Shown here: positions 58,300 to 64,000 of the stretch, piece after piece
How the letters are laid out: each line of letters begins with the position of its first letter
Position numbering within the stretch: position 1 is the stretch's first letter
Source of the DNA: Acidimicrobiaceae bacterium
GTDB taxonomy: Bacteria > Actinomycetota > Acidimicrobiia > Acidimicrobiales > Aldehydirespiratoraceae
DNA: 64,000 nucleotides
NCBI GenBank assembly: GCA_002729125.1
Contig: PBTQ01000074.1
Coordinates: 52,507-116,506 of the forward strand
Reading direction: 5' to 3'
Position numbers and translations under genes: made by a program
The notes under the pieces: generated by a model
What the model saw: only the letters and a program-made list of their open reading frames with translations
The model's database searches: none
Told to the model about the DNA's origin: nothing

Positions 58300-59945
58300 T
58301 GTCTTCTCTGTTCGCAGCTTCGTCGGCCGACGTGCCGTTCCCGATTCTCAGCGCCCTGGTGGTGACCCCGTTCCTCGGGGCACTGCTGATGCTCGTGCTG
58401 CCCAATGGTCGGCCCGAGTACTTCAAGCAGGTGGCCTTCCTCGTCAGTGGCGCTGTTGCCGGCATGACCGCCTGGGTCATGGTCGAGTTCGACAAGCACA
58501 CCGCCGACGAGTTCCAGTTTGTCGACTCCGCCGAATGGATCGCCGGTCTCGGCATCTCGTGGACACTGGGTCTCGACGGCATTTCGCTCTGGTTGGTGGT
58601 GCTCACGGCCGCCCTGTTCCCGCTCGCCATCCTTGCGATCGAGGCCGAGCACACGCCGAAGGCGTACTACGCGTGGCTGCTCGTGCTGGAGGCAGGGGTC
58701 ATGGGGGTGTTCCTCGCCCTCGACCTGTTCGCCTTCTTCGTGTTCTTCGAGATCGTGCTGGTGCCGATGTACTTCCTCATCGGCCAGTGGGGTCACGGGG
58801 CCCGGGCCTACGCCGCGACCAAGTTCTTCGTGTACACGATGTTCGGTTCCGCGTTCATGCTCGTCGGCATTCTCGCCACGGCGTTCCTCACCGCAGCCGA
58901 GACCGGCAACGCCGTGTCGTTCGATCTCGTCTACCTCGCCGAGGAACAGGCGCTCGCCACCACGACGGCCCGCTGGATCTTCCTGAGCTTTGCTGTTGCG
59001 TTCGCGGTGAAGGTTCCGCTGTTCCCGATGCACACCTGGTTGCCCGACGCCCACACCAACGCCCCCACGGCGGGCTCGGTGATCCTGGCCGGCGTCATGC
59101 TCAAGCTCGGCACCTACGGCTTCCTGCGCTTCGGCATCTATCTCTTCCCCGAGGCGTCCGTGTACTTCGCACCGGGGCTCGTCGCCCTCGGCACGATCGG
59201 CATCATCTACGGCGCGATTGCGGCGACGATGCAAAAGGACCTCAAGCGTCTCGTCGCCTACTCCTCGGTCGCCCACCTCGGCTTCATCGTGATCGGCACC
59301 TTCGCCCTCAACACCGAGGGCATTTCCGGCGGCCTGTTGCAGATGGTCAACCACGGCATCTCGACCGGCGCGTTGTTCTTGCTTGTCGGTTGGATCTACG
59401 ACCGTCGCCACACCCGTCTGATCGCCGAGCTCGGTGGCCTCCAGAAGCCGGCGCCGGTCTTCGCGGCCGTCTTCATGGTCGTGATGTTGAGCTCGATCGG
59501 TCTGCCCGGCCTCAATGGCTTCGTCGGGGAGTTTCTCGCACTGCTCGGTGCCTTCGCGGCGCATCGCTGGTGGGCGATCGTCGCCGCCACCGGTGTCATC
59601 ATCGCCGCTCTGTACCTGCTGTGGGCCTACCAGCGGGTCTTCCACGGTCCCGCCGAGGGCGACAACGCCGAGATGAAGGATCTCACCTGGTCCGAAGGGG
59701 CGATTATGGTGCCGTTCCTCGCCGCCATTTTCGTCATGGGCCTGTACCCGGCGCCCGTGCTCGAACGCATGGAGCCTGCGGTCGACGCCCTGATCGAACA
59801 CATCGAGGGCAATGTCGCGGACTTCGATGAGGCCGACGCCGACCAGGGAGAGGACCTCGACGTCGACGACCTGAAGGGTCTCGGCAAGAAAAAGGACTCG
59901 AAGGCCACCGATGAGTCGGCCTCGGCCGAAGGGGGCGCAGGATGA
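58299..59945 (+). CDS. nuoM: NADH-quinone oxidoreductase subunit M
   Basis: VKVPLFPMHTWLPDAHTNAPTAGSVILAGVMLKLGTYG. ATG 58299 overlaps the nuoL stop (TGATG). Has an acidic C-terminal tail. Confidence 0.9.
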   Translation: MSSLFAASSADVPFPILSALVVTPFLGALLMLVLPNGRPEYFKQVAFLVSGAVAGMTAWVMVEFDKHTADEFQFVDSAEWIAGLGISWTLGLDGISLWLVVLTAALFPLAILAIEAEHTPKAYYAWLLVLEAGVMGVFLALDLFAFFVFFEIVLVPMYFLIGQWGHGARAYAATKFFVYTMFGSAFMLVGILATAFLTAAETGNAVSFDLVYLAEEQALATTTARWIFLSFAVAFAVKVPLFPMHTWLPDAHTNAPTAGSVILAGVMLKLGTYGFLRFGIYLFPEASVYFAPGLVALGTIGIIYGAIAATMQKDLKRLVAYSSVAHLGFIVIGTFALNTEGISGGLLQMVNHGISTGALFLLVGWIYDRRHTRLIAELGGLQKPAPVFAAVFMVVMLSSIGLPGLNGFVGEFLALLGAFAAHRWWAIVAATGVIIAALYLLWAYQRVFHGPAEGDNAEMKDLTWSEGAIMVPFLAAIFVMGLYPAPVLERMEPAVDALIEHIEGNVADFDEADADQGEDLDVDDLKGLGKKKDSKATDESASAEGGAG

Positions 59946-61630
59946 TCGCACAGCTCGATGCCACGGTCGCCCGCCCCGAGATCGCCTGGGACGGCCTGCT
60001 GCCGATCCTGACCCTCGGCGTCGGTGCGCTGCTGCTGGTGCTGTTCCGGTCGCTGATGAAGCAACTGCCGAAGGCGGCTGCCGATCAGGCCGTGCCCGTC
60101 ATCGGTGGCCTCACCGTGATCGCCATGTGGGTCGTCGGTGGCTTCGCCGGCACCGACGTGCCGCTTGCCGGCCTTCGCGACGACCTCGGCGACCCGCTCT
60201 TCTTTTTCGGTCTCCTGATCATGGTCGGCCTCGTCGGCTGGTTCGCCCAGTACCTGCGGCTCAGCGTCGACGCTGCGCTGACGGTCATGATCGGGCTCAC
60301 CAGCCTCGCCGCGATCTGGGGTGTGTGGACCGACCGGTACGAGGTCGACGGTGCCTTCGGCCTCGTCGGCGATCAGCTCGGTGCCGATGGCTTCTCGCTG
60401 GTGATCACGGGTGTCATTGCCGGCGCCATCGTGCTCGTCGCCCTGCTTCTCGACGACTACCTCGAACGTGAGGGCATGGCCGGCGCCGAGATGTACGTCC
60501 TGATGCTGTTCTCGGGCGCTGGTGGTGCCGTCATGGCGAGCGCGAACGACCTCATCGTGTTGTTCCTCGCCCTCGAGACGCTGAGCATTGCGGTGTACGT
60601 GATGGCGGCGATGCACATGCGTCGCTCCGAGAGCCAAGAGGCCGGCCTCAAGTACTTCGTGCTCGGCGCGTTCTCCTCGGCGTTCCTGCTGTACGGCATC
60701 GCCTTGACCTACGGCGCCGTGGGCTCCACGAACCTGATCGTGATCGCTGACTTCCTCGAGCAGAACCGTCTTGTCGAGGACGGTCTGCTGATGGCGGGCA
60801 TGGCGATGCTGCTCGTCGGGCTCGGTTTCAAGGTCGCGGCGGCCCCGTTCCACGCCTGGACGCCCGACGTCTACCAGGGTGCGCCCACCCCGGTGGTGGC
60901 CTTCATGGCCTCGGCGGTCAAGGCGGCCGGCTTTGCGGCGCTGGTCCGGGTCTTCGTGACGACGTTCGCCGACCACGCCGACGACTGGCAGCCTGCGGTC
61001 TATGGCCTGGCGATCCTCACCCTCGTGGTCGGCTCGTTCATGGCGATCGTGCAGCGCGACGCGAAGCGCATGCTCGCCTACTCCTCGATCAGCCACGCAG
61101 GCTTCATCCTTGTCGGCGTCCAGGCCGCCTCGGACGAGGGCATCTCGTCGGTGCTGTTCTATGCCGTCGCCTACACCTTCCTCGTGATCGGCAGCTTCGG
61201 TGTGTTGAGCATTGTGTCGGGCGAGGGTGATCGTGGCACGAGCCTCGATCACCTCGACGGCCTCAGCACTCGTCGGCCGGCCCTGGCGCTCGCCCTGACC
61301 GTCTTCCTGCTTGCTCAGGCCGGTGTACCGCTGACGTCGGGCTTCGTCGCCAAGTTCGCGGTGATCGGCGCGGCGGTCGAGGCTCGTTCGTACTGGCTCG
61401 CCGTCGCTGCCATGGTCACGGCGGTCGTGTCGGCGTTCCTCTACTTGCGCATCATCTTGTCGATGTACCTCGGTCAGGCCGAGGACGATGCGCCGACGAT
61501 CCGTGTGCCGCGCGCTGCTGGTCTGGCGATCATCGTGGCTCTGGTGATCACGGTCGGCTTCGGCCTCGTTCCGGGCGAACTTGACGACATCACCCGAGAC
61601 GCCGTCCCTGTTCTGATCGCCGCAGGCTGA
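59942..61630 (+). CDS. nuoN: NADH-quinone oxidoreductase subunit N
   Basis: GFKVAAAPFHAWTPDVYQGAPTPVVAFM. 562 aa. Confidence 0.9.
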   Translation: MIAQLDATVARPEIAWDGLLPILTLGVGALLLVLFRSLMKQLPKAAADQAVPVIGGLTVIAMWVVGGFAGTDVPLAGLRDDLGDPLFFFGLLIMVGLVGWFAQYLRLSVDAALTVMIGLTSLAAIWGVWTDRYEVDGAFGLVGDQLGADGFSLVITGVIAGAIVLVALLLDDYLEREGMAGAEMYVLMLFSGAGGAVMASANDLIVLFLALETLSIAVYVMAAMHMRRSESQEAGLKYFVLGAFSSAFLLYGIALTYGAVGSTNLIVIADFLEQNRLVEDGLLMAGMAMLLVGLGFKVAAAPFHAWTPDVYQGAPTPVVAFMASAVKAAGFAALVRVFVTTFADHADDWQPAVYGLAILTLVVGSFMAIVQRDAKRMLAYSSISHAGFILVGVQAASDEGISSVLFYAVAYTFLVIGSFGVLSIVSGEGDRGTSLDHLDGLSTRRPALALALTVFLLAQAGVPLTSGFVAKFAVIGAAVEARSYWLAVAAMVTAVVSAFLYLRIILSMYLGQAEDDAPTIRVPRAAGLAIIVALVITVGFGLVPGELDDITRDAVPVLIAAG

Positions 61631-61640
61631 CCGCCCCCCG

Positions 61641-62093
61641 ATGAGCGACGACACCGAGTCCTCGGCGCCCCCGGTTAGCTGGGACGAGGCGCGAGAGGCC
61701 CTCATCGTCGTCCTTCTCGTCTGCGCAGTGCTGCGGATGCTCGGCCCGCTGTTGGGTTTCATCGACGAACGCTGGGGGGTGTTCAGCGACGACCTTGCCG
61801 AGCTCACCCGCAATGCATCGCCCACCACTGGACTCATGGTGATCGGGGCGGCCGTGCTCGTCGCCACGACACCGCGGGTCGATCTGGTGCCATCGTTGCG
61901 CACGGCGACGGTCGCGATCGCGTGGATCGTCATCTTGCAGGCAGGTGCTGCGATCCTGCTTGACCTCTGGCGGGTCTCGGGTACGGGCGTGCTTGGACGC
62001 CTCGAGTCGATCTTCGGTCGCTCGCTCCCGGCCCTGTTGCTGGCCGGGACCGGTCGTTGGCTGGCATCGAGGGTCGTCCCGTTCGACGAGTGA
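61641..62093 (+). CDS. Hypothetical 4-TM membrane protein trailing nuoN
   Basis: Starts 10 nt after nuoN. Has hydrophobic helices but no recognised motif. Confidence 0.5.
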   Translation: MSDDTESSAPPVSWDEAREALIVVLLVCAVLRMLGPLLGFIDERWGVFSDDLAELTRNASPTTGLMVIGAAVLVATTPRVDLVPSLRTATVAIAWIVILQAGAAILLDLWRVSGTGVLGRLESIFGRSLPALLLAGTGRWLASRVVPFDE

Positions 62094-62267
62094 TGGTGAC
62101 GGTGGTCGGTGATGTCCGCTGCAGCGCGAAGAAACGGTGAAATCTCGCTGGGGAAATCGTCCTCGATCCCTTCGAATCGGGTGGTTCGCAGGTAGCCTCG
62201 CCCGGGCTGGGACCGTGCGGTTCCTGGCTTTGTTCTGCCCGAAACCCCAGCAGTAGGGTCACCCTTC

Positions 62268-62633
62268 GTGTCGGATTTTCTTCGTAGCTACCTGACGGTT
62301 GGTATCTTTGGCCTCGTCGGCGTCGCGCTCGTCAGTGTGTTCCTTGGGCTGGGCAAGATCTTGCGCCCCAACAAGCCCACGCTGGCCAAGACTGAGGCCT
62401 ATGAGTCCGGTGTCGAGCCGACCGGCGACATGTGGTCCCAGGCCAACATCCGGTACTACGTGTTTGCGCTGCTTTTCGTCATGTTCGACGTTGAGGCCGT
62501 CTTCATCTTCCCGTGGGCGACCCGCCTTGAGGCCTACGGAACCTTCGGCCTGATCGAGATGGCGATCTTCATCTTCATCCTTTTGCTGGGCCTTCTGTAC
62601 GCCTGGCGCAAGGGAGTTCTCAAGTGGGCCTAG
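62268..62633 (+). CDS. nuoA: NADH-quinone oxidoreductase subunit A, second copy
   Basis: YESGVEP...[23 protein letters not shown]. 121 aa, GTG start. Confidence 0.88.
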   Translation: MSDFLRSYLTVGIFGLVGVALVSVFLGLGKILRPNKPTLAKTEAYESGVEPTGDMWSQANIRYYVFALLFVMFDVEAVFIFPWATRLEAYGTFGLIEMAIFIFILLLGLLYAWRKGVLKWA

Positions 62634-63124
62634 TCGAATCGGGCAAGATCCCCAAGCCGATCACGTCGCTGCTCAACATGAGCCGCAAGTACTCCATGTG
62701 GGTGTACCAGTGGGGCCTCGCCTGCTGCGCGATCGAGATGGGTGCGGCGTTTGCGTCGCCCCGCTACGACGTGATGCGTCTCGGTGTTATCCCGCTGCCG
62801 GCCTCGCCTCGCCAGGCCGACCTCGTGGTCATCTCCGGCACCGTCACCGACAAGATGGTGCCGTCGGTCAAGCGTCTCTACGAACAGATGCCCGAACCCA
62901 AGTACGTGATCTCAATGGGTTCGTGCGCTAACTGCGGCGGCCCGTACTGGGACTCCTACTCCGTGACGAAGGGCGTCGATCAGATCATCCCGGTCGACGT
63001 CTACGTCCCCGGCTGCCCACCCCGCCCCGAAGCCCTGCTCGAGGGCATCGTTTTGCTGCAGGAGCGCATTCAGAACGAGGACATGGCCGAGCGTTGGAAA
63101 GGTGAGCCGATTGTCGTCGATTGA
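62624..63124 (+). CDS. nuoB: NADH-quinone oxidoreductase subunit B, second copy
   Basis: [33 protein letters not shown] and PGCPP. Clearly divergent from copy 1. Confidence 0.9.
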   Translation: MGLVESGKIPKPITSLLNMSRKYSMWVYQWGLACCAIEMGAAFASPRYDVMRLGVIPLPASPRQADLVVISGTVTDKMVPSVKRLYEQMPEPKYVISMGSCANCGGPYWDSYSVTKGVDQIIPVDVYVPGCPPRPEALLEGIVLLQERIQNEDMAERWKGEPIVVD

Positions 63125-63812
63125 CACGCCCGTCGAAGAAGAGACCGAGGTCGTCGAGTCTGACGAGGCTCGTGAAGCGCTGCTCGCCAAGATCCAGACC
63201 GAACTCGGCGATGCCGTCGTCGGCTCCCACCTCGTGCCCGGTGCCGACCTTTGGGTCCGCGTCGACCGCAGCGCCTGGGCCACCGCTGGCGCCTACCTCA
63301 AGACCGGCGTCGGCTTCGAGTACTTCAACTTCTTGTCGGCCATCGACTGGAAGCCCTCGCCCTTCGGCCGGGACATGGACGCCCAGGTCGATCTCAGCCT
63401 CGGTCACGACGAGGCCTCCGAGGTCGACATGGCCATCGAGCAGGGCGTTGCCGGCGGTGACACCCGTTTCCAGGTGTTCGCCCGGGTCAACGACATCGTC
63501 AATGGCCTCGGCGTCACGCTAAAGGCCGATGTCCCCGACGACGATCTATCGATCGGCAGTTGGGTCCCGGTGTACAGCGGCGCCAACTGGCACGAGCGTG
63601 AGTGCTGGGAGATGTACGGCATCTCCTTCGAGGGTCATCCCGGCCTCCGCCACATCTATCTACCGGCTGGATTCGAAGGCAATCCGCTGCGCAAGGACTA
63701 CCCGCTGCTGGCCCGACGTCTGAAGCCATGGCCCGGCATCGTCGACGTTGAGCAGATGCCCGGCGACGACGGTCCGGCAGATGCCGTTGAGACCGCAGAG
63801 GCGGCCGAATGA
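63102..63812 (+). CDS. nuoC: NADH-quinone oxidoreductase subunit C, second copy
   Basis: [40 protein letters not shown]. Start is GTG 63102 or TTG 63111. Confidence 0.88.
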   Translation: MSRLSSIDTPVEEETEVVESDEAREALLAKIQTELGDAVVGSHLVPGADLWVRVDRSAWATAGAYLKTGVGFEYFNFLSAIDWKPSPFGRDMDAQVDLSLGHDEASEVDMAIEQGVAGGDTRFQVFARVNDIVNGLGVTLKADVPDDDLSIGSWVPVYSGANWHERECWEMYGISFEGHPGLRHIYLPAGFEGNPLRKDYPLLARRLKPWPGIVDVEQMPGDDGPADAVETAEAAE

Positions 63813-64000
63813 CCGCCATATCCGATCGCGAGCAGCTGAGCTATATCGCCGCCCAGGCGGCTGACGCCCGCGTCAACGTGGAGATCGAAACCGAGGGCAT
63901 GACCCTCAACATCGGTCCCCAGCACCCCGCCACCCACGGCACGCTGCGCATCGTCGCAAAGCTCGACGGCGAGCAGGTCATCGCTGCCGATCCGATCATG
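63809..64000 (+). CDS. nuoD: NADH-quinone oxidoreductase subunit D, second copy (5' partial; runs off the window)
   Basis: Its ATG overlaps the nuoC2 stop (ATGA). [17 protein letters not shown] motif. Absent from the ORF track because no stop lies within the window. Confidence 0.85.
   Translation, partial: MTAISDREQLSYIAAQAADARVNVEIETEGMTLNIGPQHPATHGTLRIVAKLDGEQVIAADPIM

Noticed and set aside
62117-62126. A perfect 10-bp palindrome, CGCTGCAGCG, between the two nuo clusters.
   Set aside because: It is too short and loop-less to form a terminator. It resembles neither the Rex sites nor any other motif repeated in the window, and is likely chance in GC-rich DNA.

Overview
This is a high-G+C, gene-dense chromosomal window with about 65 genes. 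It looks like an Actinomycetota genome, possibly Acidimicrobiia-like; that placement is inferred from mshA followed by a YbjN gene, a rex-hemACD layout and GC-rich codon third positions. I saw no rRNA, CRISPR array, transposase or integrase. All functions were assigned by reading the supplied translations for family motifs; no database search was possible.

Gene content by region:
- 1-13.6 kb is mixed metabolism: a lipoprotein alpha/beta-hydrolase, a SnoaL-like protein, acs, a fused indolepyruvate:ferredoxin oxidoreductase, htpX, yajQ, tRNA-Tyr, a GNAT, a DUF2237 protein and a serine hydrolase.
- 13.6-17.8 kb is a LysR-controlled module with a Baeyer-Villiger monooxygenase and a gamma-butyrobetaine-hydroxylase-like dioxygenase.
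- 17.8-28 kb holds an ABC1 kinase, a DUF45 peptidase, a histidine phosphatase, a MoaD-like protein, an RsiG-like protein, mshA, a YbjN gene, proC, a DUF62 SAM hydrolase, an acyl-CoA ligase and a disrupted gene.
- 28-34.3 kb is a rex-hemA-hemC-hemD(::GNAT)-HAD-hemL haem block with a Rex operator. hemL is frameshifted in this sequence.
- 34.3-38.4 kb holds a YceI protein, a kinase-like protein and pgi.
- 38.4-64 kb is respiratory.

The respiratory region is the part most worth a second look:
- It begins with a divergently transcribed cytochrome c.
- A single co-directional gene train of about 22.5 kb follows. It joins a non-canonical split-cytochrome-b Rieske complex to a complete nuoA-N set, with gaps of at most 57 nt. 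The complex comprises a membrane protein, a dicluster ferredoxin, cytochrome b6, a subunit-IV-like protein, a Rieske protein, a dihaem cytochrome c and a second membrane protein.
- A second, divergent nuoABCD set follows and runs off the window.
- Other oddities are a roughly 145-residue coiled-coil insertion in NuoL, a repeated (V/I)P(E/A)HL motif shared by two cytochrome-complex proteins, and Rex-type palindromes in front of the train.
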